Assembly: GCA_963803805.1 (NCBI GenBank)
Contig: CAWDOD010000003.1
Coordinates: 416,001 to 480,000, forward strand
Direction of reading: 5' to 3'
DNA from: an uncultured cyanobacterium
GTDB lineage: Bacteria > Cyanobacteriota > Cyanobacteriia > Cyanobacteriales > CAWCAG01
Length of the DNA stretch: 64,000 nucleotides
This document shows, piece after piece, positions 33,195-44,187 of the stretch; position 1 is the stretch's first letter; the number at the start of each line of letters is the position of its first letter. Both the position numbers and the translations under genes were made by a program. The notes beneath the pieces are model-generated. The model ran no database searches, had not been told where the DNA came from, and saw only the letters and a list, made by a program, of their open reading frames with translations.

Positions 33195-34601
33195 ATGGGT
33201 ATTGTGAAAACTGAATTTGAACAAGAACAGTTACAAGAATTTGAGGGAGGAGAATCTAGGAGTGATGGCAATCTTATTCCAGAAGAAGATTTTCTTCGGC
33301 AAGGATTTAGTCCAGTCTTAAAAAATGCTCGTTTCTTAGTTCTATGGGGCGGACAAATATTTTCTCAGCTAGCAGATAAAGTTTATTTAGTTTTGATGAT
33401 TGCCATCATTGCTAGCAATTTTCAAAGGTCTGATCAAACCATTAGTGGTTGGGTTTCTGCTATTATGATCGCCTTTACAGTCCCGGCGATCCTTTTTGGT
33501 TCTTTGGCAGGGGTTTATGTAGATCGCTGGTCTAAAAAAGGGGTTTTGGTAATTACTAACCTACTGCGGGGAGGATTGGTTTTAACCTTACCTCCCTTAC
33601 TGTGGCTATCGCGGGACTTACACCCCATATTGAACTTGCCTGTGGGCTTCTGGCTGCTTTTAGGAGTAACTTTTTTGGTGTCTACCTTAACCCAGTTCTT
33701 TGCTCCTGCTGAACAAACCGCAATTCCCTTAATCGTCGAACGCCAAGATTTGCTTCCAGCCAACTCCCTTTATACCACTACGATGATGGTTCTCTTAATT
33801 ATTGGTTTTGCTGTGGGAGAGCCTTTATTAGGGCTTACAGACGAGCTTATTAAGAATTTGGGACTATCTTGGGATTTTGGCAAAGAATTATTAGTTGGTG
33901 GTGCTTATGTAATTGCCGGAGTTATCTTGCTACTATTAAACACCGGAGAACAAAAACCAGAACAAGAAACCGAACAGCCCCATGTATTTCAAGATATTTG
34001 GGATGGTATTCTTTACCTCAAGAAAAATCACCTTGTCCGCAATGCTTTAATACAACTCGTAATTCTCTTCTCTGTTTTTGCTGCTTTAGCTGTCTTAGCT
34101 GTTCGTTTAGCGGAAATGCTTCCTGAATTAGAAGCCGATCAATTTGGCTTTCTCTTAGCGTCTGGTGGCTTAGGTATGGCTGTGGGTGCAGGAATACTAG
34201 GTAATTGGGGGCAGCGTTTTTCTCGCTCTGATTTGGGTTTATTGGGTTCTTTTGGTGTCTCTGCTTGTTTAATCGGTTTAGCTATATTCACCAACTCACT
34301 TTGGCTTACTTTAGTCATTATTGCCTTATTAGGAGTATTTGCCGCTTTAGTAGGTATACCGATGCAAACCACGATTCAAGCAGAAACACCAGAAGAGATG
34401 CGGGGTAAGGTCTTCGGCTTACAAAACAATGCTATTAATATTGCTTTGAGTTTGCCTTTAGCTTTAGCAGGAGTAGCCGAAACTATCTTCGGTTTACAAC
34501 CAGTATTTCTATCTTTAGCGATTTTAGCTCTTACAGGAGGACTCTTAACCTGGTATATTTCCGGTAAAGGCTCTGTTCAGTCAACGGAAGCTCACCAATA
34601 A
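33195..34601 (+). CDS. MFS transporter
   Basis: About 12 hydrophobic segments; AGVYVDRWSKK motif A. Confidence 0.9.
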   Translation: MGIVKTEFEQEQLQEFEGGESRSDGNLIPEEDFLRQGFSPVLKNARFLVLWGGQIFSQLADKVYLVLMIAIIASNFQRSDQTISGWVSAIMIAFTVPAILFGSLAGVYVDRWSKKGVLVITNLLRGGLVLTLPPLLWLSRDLHPILNLPVGFWLLLGVTFLVSTLTQFFAPAEQTAIPLIVERQDLLPANSLYTTTMMVLLIIGFAVGEPLLGLTDELIKNLGLSWDFGKELLVGGAYVIAGVILLLLNTGEQKPEQETEQPHVFQDIWDGILYLKKNHLVRNALIQLVILFSVFAALAVLAVRLAEMLPELEADQFGFLLASGGLGMAVGAGILGNWGQRFSRSDLGLLGSFGVSACLIGLAIFTNSLWLTLVIIALLGVFAALVGIPMQTTIQAETPEEMRGKVFGLQNNAINIALSLPLALAGVAETIFGLQPVFLSLAILALTGGLLTWYISGKGSVQSTEAHQ

Positions 34602-34630
34602 AGTTAAACTTCTCAGACTCGATTACCTGA

Positions 34631-35785
34631 ATGCATATCGCTTGGTTAGGAAAAAAATCTCCCTTTTGTGGCAACGTCACCTACAGTCGAGAAATCACTA
34701 ACGCCCTACTAGAAGCAGGAGAGCAAGTTAGTTTCTTGCATTTTGCTCAACAACCATCTCACTACCAAGATTGGCCTCTTTGTCAAGAAGTTGTTTTACC
34801 TTGTCTCTACAAATCTCAGGTTTATACCATTCCTACTCCTAAATCGAGTAAAATTCTTACTCAAGCTTTAGAAAAACTCAAACCGGATTTAGTACATGCT
34901 TCCCTAACTCTTTCCCCTTTGGATTTCCGTTTACCAGAAATTTGTGCTGAACTTAATGTACCTTTAATCGCTACTTTTCACCCGGCTTTTGATAGTAAGC
35001 TACGCAACCTGAAATCTAGTACTCAGTTTCTCACCTATCAACTTTATGCTCCTTTTTTGGCTCATTATGAGCAGGTAATTATTTTCTCGCAAATTCAAAA
35101 GGATTTATTGATGAAATTGGGAGTACCTAAAGAGAAATTAGCCGTAATTCCTAATGGTGTAGATGTCAAAAAGTATTGTCCTGGTTACTCTAACTTCAAG
35201 TCAAAGTTAAAGGCTAAACGGCTGTTTGTTTACCAAGGTAGAGTTTCCACAGAAAAGAATGTTGAGGCGATGCTCAAAGCCTGGAAACATTGTAATTTAG
35301 GAGAACAATGCAAACTAGCTATTATTGGAGATGGCCCTTTAGTGCCTTATTTGAAGCAGTTTTATCATCAAGAACAGGGCATTATTTGGTTAGGTTACAT
35401 TGAGGATGAACAAAGACGCATTGAGATTTTACGAGCAGCAGATGTGTTTATTTTGCCTTCATTAATAGAGGGTTTATCTTTATCTCTATTAGAAGCAATG
35501 GCTTGTGGTGTAGCTTGTCTAGCCACAGATGCAGGGGCTGATGGGGAAGTGATTGCAGATGGTGCAGGGGTAATTCTTAGTACCCAAGGGGTAACAACTC
35601 AATTGAAGACTTTATTGCCTCTATTTAAAGAGCAACCAGAGTTAAGCCAAGTGCTGGGACAAAAGGGACGACAGAGAGTTTTGCAACGCTACACTTTGAG
35701 CCAAAATATCATCCACATCAAGGAGCTGTATTGCCAGGTACTTTCTCATCAATCCACTCCTTTCGTCAGTAATCAAGTTTCTTAA
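34631..35785 (+). CDS. Glycosyltransferase family 4
   Basis: IPNGVD, GRVSTEKN, EGLSLSLLEAMACG. Confidence 0.92.
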   Translation: MHIAWLGKKSPFCGNVTYSREITNALLEAGEQVSFLHFAQQPSHYQDWPLCQEVVLPCLYKSQVYTIPTPKSSKILTQALEKLKPDLVHASLTLSPLDFRLPEICAELNVPLIATFHPAFDSKLRNLKSSTQFLTYQLYAPFLAHYEQVIIFSQIQKDLLMKLGVPKEKLAVIPNGVDVKKYCPGYSNFKSKLKAKRLFVYQGRVSTEKNVEAMLKAWKHCNLGEQCKLAIIGDGPLVPYLKQFYHQEQGIIWLGYIEDEQRRIEILRAADVFILPSLIEGLSLSLLEAMACGVACLATDAGADGEVIADGAGVILSTQGVTTQLKTLLPLFKEQPELSQVLGQKGRQRVLQRYTLSQNIIHIKELYCQVLSHQSTPFVSNQVS

Positions 35786-35906
35786 GCGAAATAAAAAAAC
35801 ACTGAGCCAAAAGTGATTTGCTAATTGCTAGCGGCTAGCCGCTAGTTGCTAAAATCTGAAGATAAAGATTAGGTCAATAGATTGAAACTAGAGAACATTT
35901 GTATAA

Positions 35907-35979
35907 TACCCCCAAGGGAATTCGAATCCCTGTCGCCTCCGTGAAAGGGAGGTGTCCTAGGCCTCTAGACGATGGGGGC
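35907..35979 (-). tRNA. trnE: tRNA-Glu(UUC), CCA not encoded
   Basis: Minus strand GCCCCCATCGTCTAGAGGCCTAGGACACCTCCCTTTCACGGAGGCGACAGGGATTCGAATTCCCTTGGGGGTA folds as a cloverleaf with anticodon TTC. Confidence 0.98.
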
Positions 35980-36002
35980 CTGTTTTGTTCGCACAGTTTA
36001 TA

Positions 36003-36031
36003 ACTATAGCCACTTTTTTTGCTTTTGTCAA
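36003..36031 (-). promoter_or_regulatory. Sigma70-type promoter of tRNA-Glu
   Basis: Minus strand TTGACA, 17-nt spacer, TATAGT. Confidence 0.75.
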
Positions 36032-36082
36032 GTGTTAGGCAAAAAATTTGCTGCTAAACCAACTATCTAACTTTGGTGTTTC

Positions 36083-36628
36083 TTATCTTCCTAGTCTCAA
36101 CTGTGCTAATTTCTGTTGAGCTTGTGGATTTAAAGAATTAACCAAAAAGCGACCTCTAGATTGTTTCTGAGGTCGTTTCTTGCTTTTTACTTTACTCTCT
36201 ATCAAATTTACATCTTGATTTAAGCCTTGAGCAGACATCCATTCAGCACCATAACCAACTACAGTTAATTGTTGCGCTCGGTCAGAAGTTGCCACAATTA
36301 AGCGAGAACGAAAGCAGTTGGGGTGATGTTGAAAAGAAGCACAGATTTTTTCTATGTAAGTATCTGCTGTTTGGGCGAAATCAGTGTAATAAGCTGATAA
36401 ATAAGAAGTATATACTTGGCGATGAGCGCGAGTGTTTTGATAATGAGCATCAAAAACAACTTGAGTCTCAAAACCCTGGAAAGAACTGTAATTAACTAAA
36501 GTCTCAATAAGTTCGTGACGAGCTGCGTCCATATCATGTCTTTTACAGGTCTGCTGCAAAGAAGACCAAGCACCAATGATATTGTAGCCGTCAACTAGTA
36601 AGCGGGCTGGGTATGAAGAACGGGGCAT
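36083..36628 (-). CDS. NYN domain protein (YacP/Rae1-like ribonuclease)
   Basis: LLVDGYNIIG, VVFDA, TADTYIE, VATSD. Confidence 0.9.
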   Translation of the reverse strand: MPRSSYPARLLVDGYNIIGAWSSLQQTCKRHDMDAARHELIETLVNYSSFQGFETQVVFDAHYQNTRAHRQVYTSYLSAYYTDFAQTADTYIEKICASFQHHPNCFRSRLIVATSDRAQQLTVVGYGAEWMSAQGLNQDVNLIESKVKSKKRPQKQSRGRFLVNSLNPQAQQKLAQLRLGR

Positions 36629-36761
36629 TGTCTTAGCACGAAGTTAGTTTCATAGATTTCTCTTGTCATTGTATCGGCAAATGTTAATACAAAGTAATAT
36701 TTAGTTGAGTGCTAACCGCTAATCGCTAATTGAAATGAGATTTCTAGACTAAACTGAATAT

Positions 36762-37427
36762 CTAATACTTTTTGCCCATGAGTTTTTTTTTCAAGCGTTC
36801 GGGATCTCCTTTGTCAACGACTTTTCCTCCTTCTAAAAGGAAAGCGCCATCACAGTAGTCAAGTTCATCTAGGCGGTGAGTAACCCACAAAGCTGTTAAA
36901 CAACGACTTTTGACTAATTTGCGTACCTGGGCTACTAACTCCAATTGAGTGTCCGCATCTAACAAAGCTGTAGGCTCATCTAAGAGGAGAATTTCACACT
37001 GGCGGGCGATCGCACCAGCAATGGCAATGCGCTGTTTTTGCCCTCCACTAAGAGCATAGATAGGCCGTCTTTGTAAAAGCTGTAAATTAACCGCTACAAG
37101 AGCTTCTTGAACTCTAGCGCGGACTTGTGAAGGAGTAAGATTTTCTTCTACTAAACCGAAAGCGACATCTGCTCCTACTGTAGGCATTACCAACTGATGG
37201 TCAGGGTTTTGAAAAACGAAACCTACAGGTGAGGTGACTTCCATTTCTCCTCCTTGAAAAGCCAATAATCTAGCTATCAATCTTAAAAGAGTAGATTTCC
37301 CACTCCCGTTTGTACCTAAAAGCATCCAAAATTCTCCTTTAGGTACTTCTAGGGAGCAATCGGACAAAACGGAACTGCCGTTTTGCCAACTAAACTGTAG
37401 GTTTTTAATTTTGATTGCTGAGTTCAT
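36762..37427 (-). CDS. ABC/ECF-type ATP-binding protein (CbiO-like)
   Basis: GTNGSGKST, FQNPDHQ, LSGGQKQR, LLLDEP. Confidence 0.9.
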   Translation of the reverse strand: MNSAIKIKNLQFSWQNGSSVLSDCSLEVPKGEFWMLLGTNGSGKSTLLRLIARLLAFQGGEMEVTSPVGFVFQNPDHQLVMPTVGADVAFGLVEENLTPSQVRARVQEALVAVNLQLLQRRPIYALSGGQKQRIAIAGAIARQCEILLLDEPTALLDADTQLELVAQVRKLVKSRCLTALWVTHRLDELDYCDGAFLLEGGKVVDKGDPERLKKKLMGKKY

Positions 37428-37524
37428 CAGTTATTTAGGGTAGAGGTAGGCAGTAAGTGCAATTATCAAAATCAGCCAGATCTCCACTTTGAAACCCCTG
37501 CCTGTAAATTAGATATCGAGAATT

Positions 37525-37794
37525 TCAAGAATCAGCTACAGCAAAGAAACCGGGGGCGCGTCCTGACATCGTTGCGCCGGACTTCTGAGAAATAATCACA
37601 GCACTAATTTGATCGCTGAAAACAGCAATTTTTTTATCTGGCTGTTTTTCACAGGTAAGTTCTAGTAGCTGTGCCTGGGAGGCTTTCATCGCTGTTGTCA
37701 CCTCTTGGTAAAGTTTTTCTGCTCCTTCTAGCTCTTTTCTCTGTACTGACAGGGGTACGGGAGTATACTTTACGGTCAAATCAATAGTAAACAT
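37525..37794 (-). CDS. Conserved cyanobacterial small protein (UPF0367-like)
   Basis: MFTIDLT..TPVPLSVQRK...LELTCEK...PGF pattern; family name from recollection. Confidence 0.65.
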   Translation of the reverse strand: MFTIDLTVKYTPVPLSVQRKELEGAEKLYQEVTTAMKASQAQLLELTCEKQPDKKIAVFSDQISAVIISQKSGATMSGRAPGFFAVADS

Positions 37795-38077
37795 TTAATC
37801 TTAACTTTGTGTAGGACTTCTATCTTTGATTATGGAATATTAAGGAGGCATTTTGGGATTCATCCTGGAGTTACCAACATCTCCTACCAAATAATTTTAA
37901 CTTTTGTTAAGATTATCCCTGGAAAAATGAGAAATTTTCCCTATAATGTATTTATTAGATAAAGAAAAGTAAATTTTGTATCTTTTATCTCTCATAATCT
38001 GCTTGCAAAGCCATGAATTAAGGAGAGTAGATACAAAAACTTAACTTTCGCCCTTATAAATTTTAGAGATTCACACT

Positions 38078-39136
38078 ATGACAATAGCAGTGGGACGCGC
38101 AACAGAACAGAGAGGATGGTTTGACATCCTCGATGACTGGTTAAAGCGCGACCGATTCGTATTCGTAGGCTGGTCAGGAATACTCTTATTTCCCTGTGCC
38201 TACCTAGCATTAGGAGGATGGTTAACAGGAACCACCTTCGTCACCTCATGGTACACTCACGGTCTAGCCAGTTCCTACCTAGAAGGCTGTAACTTCCTAA
38301 CCGTAGCCGTATCAACCCCAGCAGACACCATGGGACACTCCCTACTCTTCTTGTGGGGACCAGAGGCTCAGTGGAACTTCACCCGCTGGTGTCAACTAGG
38401 AGGATTATGGTCATTTGTAGCTTTCCATGGTGCATTTGGCTTAATCGGCTTCATGTTACGGCAGTTTGAAATTGCCCGCCTAGTGGGAATCCGTCCTTAT
38501 AATGCCCTAGCCTTTAGTGGACCTATCGCTGTCTTCGTCAGTGTCTTTTTAATGTATCCCTTGGGACAATCAAGCTGGTTTTTTGCCCCTAGTTTTGGAG
38601 TAGCAGGAATCTTCCGCTTTATCTTGTTCTTCCAAGGATTCCACAACTGGACATTGAACCCGTTTCATATGATGGGAGTAGCAGGAATATTGGGTGGAGC
38701 CTTACTTTGTGCCATTCATGGAGCTACAGTAGAAAACACTCTGTTTGAAGATGGGGAAGCCTCAAACACCTTTAGAGCGTTCAACCCAACCCAAGCAGAA
38801 GAAACCTACAGTATGGTGACAGCAAACCGTTTCTGGTCACAGATATTCGGAATTGCCTTTTCCAACAAGCGTTGGTTACACTTTTTCATGCTGTTTGTCC
38901 CCGTAACCGGATTATGGATGAGTGCGGTGGGAGTAGTAGGTTTAGCAGTGAACCTGCGGGCCTATGACTTTGTATCCCAGGAGATACGTGCAGCAGAAGA
39001 TCCAGAGTTTGAAACGTTCTACACGAAGAACATTTTATTAAATGAAGGTCTTAGAGCGTGGTTAGCGCCTCAAGACCAACCCCATAAACAATTTGAGTTC
39101 CCAGAGGAGGTACTACCTCGCGGTAACGCTCTGTAA
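38078..39136 (+). CDS. psbD: Photosystem II D2 protein, stand-alone copy (psbD2-type)
   Basis: [36 protein letters not shown]; no psbC downstream. Confidence 0.98.
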   Translation: MTIAVGRATEQRGWFDILDDWLKRDRFVFVGWSGILLFPCAYLALGGWLTGTTFVTSWYTHGLASSYLEGCNFLTVAVSTPADTMGHSLLFLWGPEAQWNFTRWCQLGGLWSFVAFHGAFGLIGFMLRQFEIARLVGIRPYNALAFSGPIAVFVSVFLMYPLGQSSWFFAPSFGVAGIFRFILFFQGFHNWTLNPFHMMGVAGILGGALLCAIHGATVENTLFEDGEASNTFRAFNPTQAEETYSMVTANRFWSQIFGIAFSNKRWLHFFMLFVPVTGLWMSAVGVVGLAVNLRAYDFVSQEIRAAEDPEFETFYTKNILLNEGLRAWLAPQDQPHKQFEFPEEVLPRGNAL

Positions 39137-39152
39137 AGGAATTTCTTAATAG

Positions 39153-39187
39153 CTAAAGGAGGAATGAGTTTTTATATTCCTCCTTTA
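39153..39187 (+). terminator. Hairpin after psbD, abutting the IS end
   Basis: taaaggaggaat ... attcctccttta. Confidence 0.7.
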
Positions 39188-40200
39188 ACGTGAGTTCGAT
39201 GAAGTTAAAAAACAGCAGAAGGAAGTTCAGCTAGGCCTTTGGGGTCAAGGTCAAGGGAAGGCTTTTTGGGCAAGAAAGTATAAGCGATTAGACCAGCTAA
39301 GAGATTAACCAAAAAATTCCAAACGCTACGGTGTCTTGAATGCTGAATCTGACAGATATTCTTGAGCTGGTCATTAACAGTCTCAATCAGAGAACGCTTA
39401 CGTAGGAGAATCTTATCCTGAAGACGCATTAACTTCGGCTTCATATTTTTCTTGCGGTGTGTAATCAGTTGTAGTCTTTGTTCATAGAGTTTCTCAAACA
39501 AATCCTGAGAAATATAACCTCGGTCGCCAAATAACTTACCAATCAAGCCATCAGCCATATCTGGCACAGGGTTACGGTCATCAGTATTACCCTCTGTAAG
39601 TTTGAAAGCAAGCAGCTCACCTTTGTCATTAATAATTAGATGTAGCTTGAAGCCATAATGCCATCCCATAGCATTTTTGCCCCAACCTACCAAACCTTCA
39701 AAAACACGGTGGCTTTTGGAGCGATTCGGGTGGCAGACCTCAATGGGGGTAGAATCAATAAAGCTGATGCCGGTAATTTCTCCTCGAAGAGTATGTAGAA
39801 AACAGCAAAGAAGCATTAAGCTCCACGGCATTAGCTCTACGAATCGAGTGTAACTGACCAAGTTGGGAAAAGCTTTCTTCCAGTAAGGCAAGACTTGTAG
39901 AGTGTAAAATTCTTTAAAAGTGCGAAATCCCGAACCATGAAAGGCAATGACAATGGTCATCACTTCGCTTAGGCTTAGGCGGGAGCGACATAGACGCTCT
40001 CCACAAGTTGCTGTTAACATTGGCTGTTGTTGCCAATGCCTCTCAAACCTTTGATAAAAGTCATCTACCTGACAGAATATTTGGGTGATATCGAGACGAG
40101 ATACAATATTGGACATAGCATCAGATTCTGATTAAGATTCATTTTCAGCATACCTCTGATGCTTTTCTTTTCTCTCTTTTTCCTCCGTCGAACTCACGTT
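39187..40200 (-). mobile_element. IS982-family insertion sequence, copy 1 (1014 bp)
   Basis: 13-bp terminal IRs AACGTGAGTTCGA / TCGAACTCACGTT; same boundaries as copy 2; no target duplication visible. Confidence 0.92.
39205..40116 (-). CDS. IS982-family DDE transposase
   Basis: FIDSTP, WHYGFKLH, GDRGY, KRSLIETVNDQLK. Confidence 0.93.
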   Translation of the reverse strand: MSNIVSRLDITQIFCQVDDFYQRFERHWQQQPMLTATCGERLCRSRLSLSEVMTIVIAFHGSGFRTFKEFYTLQVLPYWKKAFPNLVSYTRFVELMPWSLMLLCCFLHTLRGEITGISFIDSTPIEVCHPNRSKSHRVFEGLVGWGKNAMGWHYGFKLHLIINDKGELLAFKLTEGNTDDRNPVPDMADGLIGKLFGDRGYISQDLFEKLYEQRLQLITHRKKNMKPKLMRLQDKILLRKRSLIETVNDQLKNICQIQHSRHRSVWNFLVNLLAGLIAYTFLPKKPSLDLDPKGLAELPSAVF

Positions 40201-40268
40201 CGTATAGTAGAAGATCCTAAGTTTGAAACGTTTAATTTTGTTTTGCTGATAGAGTATTAGAGCTATTT

Positions 40269-40692
40269 CTAGTCTATTACTTCTACCTCTGAGTATGTCT
40301 CTATCCAAACCTTTGCGCCATGTTTGTTGGGTTTGTGAGGGCTATAGATAATGTTACAAGGGACCTTTAATTTTTGCTTCATAACCAGAGGTATTTTTGT
40401 TTTCTTTGTTAACGCTGATTACTGGCTTAAACTCGTTGTTTTTGTAATTGCTAGCAATTTGATTTCTATTGACTTGGATAGTTGTTAGATCACGGGGACG
40501 AATTTTGACCCAACGAGGAGTAGGGCCTCTAGTACCACGAGAAACTCTCGGTTTGCCGCGATACAAAGGGATGGCCCAAGCTTTACCACTTTTATATGCT
40601 CCTTTGATTCGTCGTTGTTGAAGTAAGTAGACGACTCTTCGGGGAGTAACCTGCAAAATTTTGGCAGCTTTTTTGGTATCAACGAATTCCAT
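40269..40692 (-). CDS. HTH (excisionase/HTH_17-like) DNA-binding protein with conserved C-terminal domain; apparent +1 frameshift near 40360
   Basis: TKKAAKILQVTPRRVVYLL..RIKGAYK HTH; removing one base gives GPCNIIYSPHKPNKHGAKVWIETYSEVEVID* (140 aa). Confidence 0.7.
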
Positions 40693-40904
40693 AGTCAAAT
40701 TTATTAAAAGAATACTTTTATAACTATTCCGCAAAAAATAATAACTCATAAGTAGATTTTTTAATCAGATTTTTACGAAAAGTATTTCAGGATCAATATG
40801 CGATCGCCCTCTGGTAAGGTTTGCCTAATCGCTAATCTTCTAAATTGTGTATTTCCTGTTAATCTGGATTTTGTATTGGTACTATTAACTTGAAGGAGAT
40901 AACC

Positions 40905-41354
40905 TTGGAAAGGACATTCGTAATGATTAAACCCGATGGAGTACAACGGAGTTTAGTAGGAGAAGTGGTTAAGCGATTAGAAACGAAAGGTTTTACCCTT
41001 GTGGGGCTGAAAATGATGGCAGTAAGTCGCGAACTAGCGGAGAAACACTATGATGTCCATAAGGAAAAAGCCTTTTTTAAAGGTTTGGTAGATTTTATTA
41101 CTTCTAGCCCTGTAGTAGCGACAGTGTGGGAAGGAGAAGGGGTTGTTGCTTCTGCCAGGAAAATTATTGGGGTAACAAATCCTCTATCGGCTGAACCTGG
41201 AACTATTCGCGGCGATTATGGTATTAGTATTGGTCGCAACCTTATTCATGGTTCAGATGCGGTAGAAACGGCTAGGGATGAGATTGCTTTGTGGTTTAAG
41301 GATGAGGAGTTAGTTAGCTGGGAACCGGCAACAAAGACTTGGTTATATGAGTAG
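40905..41354 (+). CDS. ndk: Nucleoside diphosphate kinase (TTG start after AAGGAG)
   Basis: [28 protein letters not shown]. Confidence 0.97.
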   Translation: MERTFVMIKPDGVQRSLVGEVVKRLETKGFTLVGLKMMAVSRELAEKHYDVHKEKAFFKGLVDFITSSPVVATVWEGEGVVASARKIIGVTNPLSAEPGTIRGDYGISIGRNLIHGSDAVETARDEIALWFKDEELVSWEPATKTWLYE

Positions 41355-41381
41355 TTTTTAACTTTAGAGCAACAGGATTAT

Positions 41382-41442
41382 GGTGGGCAAATGTTTGCTA
41401 ACAAGTTTAATAATAAATTATCTTGTTTTTTGCCCACCCTAC
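41382..41442. repeat. GTAG-type REP-like inverted repeat between convergent ndk and glgA
   Basis: ggtgggcaaa ... tttgcccaccctac. Confidence 0.65.
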
Positions 41443-41453
41443 GGGATTTTAAG

Positions 41454-42884
41454 CTATTTAGCTGTTTCTACTAACTCCTTATCAGACTCTGCAACAGTTT
41501 CTTCTTCTGGTGGTAAACCAAGAATTTCTCTGTACATCCTGTCATATTCGCGAGCAGATTTTTCCCAACTGAAGTTTTCTTCCATACCTCGTTTTTGCAA
41601 TTGCCCCCAAGCATTTTTGAAATGGAATGCTTCGGACGCTTTGACCATGCAGGTATATAAATCCAAAGGTTCATAGCGATCAAAGCAATAACCTGTACCA
41701 GTTTGGGCTACAGGATCATGGTAAGAAACTGTATCTACTAAACCCCCTGTCCGTCGGACGATCGGTACACAACCATAACGCATAGCTAACATTTGGCTAA
41801 TACCGCAGGGTTCAAAGCGAGAAGGCATTAAGAAGGCATCACTACCAGCGTAGATACGGCGGGAAAGAGCATCGTTGTAAAGTAACTGTACAGACATACG
41901 GCCAGGATAGCGAGAGGCCATTTCCCATAGTTGAGTTTCGTAGTAGCGATCGCCTGTTCCCAATAACAGGAATTGGGAGTCTGTGTAGGAAAGGAAGCGG
42001 TCTAAAATTTGCATAATTAGATCGATGCCTTTTTGGTCTACTAAGCGACTTACTAATCCCACTAAAAAGCTACTACTATTAACTTCTAAACCAACTTCTT
42101 CTTGGATTGCAACCTTGTTACGGCGACGTTTTTCTAAGCTATCAACATCAAATTTTTGTTCAATATATTTATCAGTAGCTGGATTATAACTATCAACATC
42201 AATTCCGTTAACAATACCCACTGTTTTACCACTGATAAAAGAAAGGAGTCCTTCTAACTTCTCTCCATATTCAGCAGTTTGAATTTGTTGGGCATAGGTA
42301 GGAGAAACTGTATTAACTCGGTCGGCAAATTGTACCGCAGCGGCCATGGTATTGTGACCTTGCATATACCAAGGACACCATGTCATCTGTTTTAAACGCC
42401 ACATCCAAGGCCCTTGATAAGCAAGGTTATGAATGGTGAAAACAGTACTAATATCAGGAGATTGGTGCATCCAAACCGGAATCATCCCTGTATGCCAATC
42501 GTGGCAATGGATAATTTGCGGTTTCCAATAGTTCCAACAAAATTCTGCTGCCCCATTAGCAAAAAGGGTAAAGCGCCAATCTTCATCCTCTCCCCCATAA
42601 ACACGACGGGGCAAAAAGGAAGGATGGCCAAATAAATATAGGGGAACTTCTGTTCCAGGCAAGACTGTCTCGTAAACAGAAAAACTCTGGAACATGGCAT
42701 TTCCTGACCAAACAGGTTCGTTGGGGATCTCTGTTTTGTCCGGCAAGAAGCCATAATAGGGCATAAATATCCGCACATCATGGCCCATATCTCGTAACAC
42801 TTTCGGCAGGGAACCCACCACATCTCCCATACCGCCCACTTTAGCTAAAGGCCCTGCTTCTGCCGCAACAAATAAGATTTGCAT
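41454..42884 (-). CDS. glgA: Glycogen synthase
   Basis: [24 protein letters not shown]. Confidence 0.97.
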   Translation of the reverse strand: MQILFVAAEAGPLAKVGGMGDVVGSLPKVLRDMGHDVRIFMPYYGFLPDKTEIPNEPVWSGNAMFQSFSVYETVLPGTEVPLYLFGHPSFLPRRVYGGEDEDWRFTLFANGAAEFCWNYWKPQIIHCHDWHTGMIPVWMHQSPDISTVFTIHNLAYQGPWMWRLKQMTWCPWYMQGHNTMAAAVQFADRVNTVSPTYAQQIQTAEYGEKLEGLLSFISGKTVGIVNGIDVDSYNPATDKYIEQKFDVDSLEKRRRNKVAIQEEVGLEVNSSSFLVGLVSRLVDQKGIDLIMQILDRFLSYTDSQFLLLGTGDRYYETQLWEMASRYPGRMSVQLLYNDALSRRIYAGSDAFLMPSRFEPCGISQMLAMRYGCVPIVRRTGGLVDTVSYHDPVAQTGTGYCFDRYEPLDLYTCMVKASEAFHFKNAWGQLQKRGMEENFSWEKSAREYDRMYREILGLPPEEETVAESDKELVETAK

Positions 42885-42989
42885 AGTTTGCTCTAGAGTT
42901 CTCCCAGCTTTCTTTTTATGAAGATTTTCTGCTTCGTCAGTTATTAATTATCAATTATCGACTACCAATTCTCAAGGACTCAAGGCAGA

Positions 42990-43964
42990 TTACTTAGCAT
43001 CCCTTTGAATTTCAGCAAAAATCTCTTCTAGGATTTCTTGGGCCCCTTGTCCCCGTAAAGCTTGGGCTAACTGTTTACCTAAGTTTTCGGCTTCTTGGAT
43101 ATTACCGCTAACGGAATCTTTAACTAAGCGTTTACCATCCAAACTAGCTACTAAACCAATTAAAGTTAAAGTATCTCCGGCAATGGAACTATTAACACCG
43201 ATGGGTACTTGACAACCCCCTTCTAATTCCCTTAAAAAAGACCTTTCTGCTAAAGCTCTCTGGTTGGTTGGTTGATGTTCAATTGCTTGCAAAAGTTGGA
43301 GAATTTCTGTGTCTCCTTCCCGACATTCAATGCCTAAAGCACCTTGCCCTACGGCATGGAGGGAAATTTCTGGGGGAATGGATTGGTGAATGCGCTCCCC
43401 CATACCTAAGCGTTGCAAACCAGCTACAGCGAGAATAATCGCATCGTATTCTCCTGCGTCTAATTTGGCTAATCTGGTGTTTAAGTTACCACGAATATCT
43501 TTAAAGACTAAATGGGGAAAATGATATTTTAATTGAGCCAATCTCCGCAAAGAAGATGTCCCTATTACAGTGCCTTCCGGTAAAGTTTCTAGCTGCTTAT
43601 CTTTGTGCTGCTCCGCCACTACCAAAGCATCAGCAGGATCAACTCTTTCGGTCACACAACCCAACATTAAGCCTTCAGGCAAGTTGGTAGGCAAATCCTT
43701 AAGGGAATGAACCGCTAAATCTGCACTGCCATTAAGGATACCCACTTCCAATTCTTTGGTAAATAGGCCCTTATCCCCAATCTTAGAAAGAGCCACATCA
43801 AGGATTTTATCTCCTTGAGTACTCATTGTCTGAACTTCAAACTGAATATCAGGAAAGCTTTTTTGTAATTGTTCTTGTATCCAGTGAGTTTGAATCAAAG
43901 CTAACTGGCTTTTGCGGGAAGCGATGCGAACTGTACGAGGTGGGCTAGAAACTGAGGAGGTCAT
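42990..43964 (-). CDS. hemC: Hydroxymethylbilane synthase (porphobilinogen deaminase)
   Basis: [39 protein letters not shown]. Confidence 0.98.
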   Translation of the reverse strand: MTSSVSSPPRTVRIASRKSQLALIQTHWIQEQLQKSFPDIQFEVQTMSTQGDKILDVALSKIGDKGLFTKELEVGILNGSADLAVHSLKDLPTNLPEGLMLGCVTERVDPADALVVAEQHKDKQLETLPEGTVIGTSSLRRLAQLKYHFPHLVFKDIRGNLNTRLAKLDAGEYDAIILAVAGLQRLGMGERIHQSIPPEISLHAVGQGALGIECREGDTEILQLLQAIEHQPTNQRALAERSFLRELEGGCQVPIGVNSSIAGDTLTLIGLVASLDGKRLVKDSVSGNIQEAENLGKQLAQALRGQGAQEILEEIFAEIQRDAK

Positions 43965-44187
43965 ATTTTTAAGTTATTTCAAATAGAGTTTTATTTAAGC
44001 GGATCTATAACAGAGTACCGTAGCAGCTTACCTATATTTCTTGAGAATTCTTCCTTCTTTACATCCGGTAATAATTTATATGAGAAAAACAGAGTTATGT
44101 TGCCATCACAACTCCTGACTCTCAATACTTTAAATCATTGTGCGATCGCCAGAAGTATACTCTTCGAGGCAGCTAAAAAAAACTTGA

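Noticed and set aside
35907..36080. tRNA-Glu as an integration site
   Set aside because: No integrase and no duplicated tRNA 3' end; flanking genes are core
38078..39136. Far-red or chlorophyll d type D2 variant, given the phytochrome in the window
   Set aside because: Standard FHNWTLN retained; no FaRLiP cluster; the phytochrome is a knotted PAS-GAF-PHY type, not RfpA
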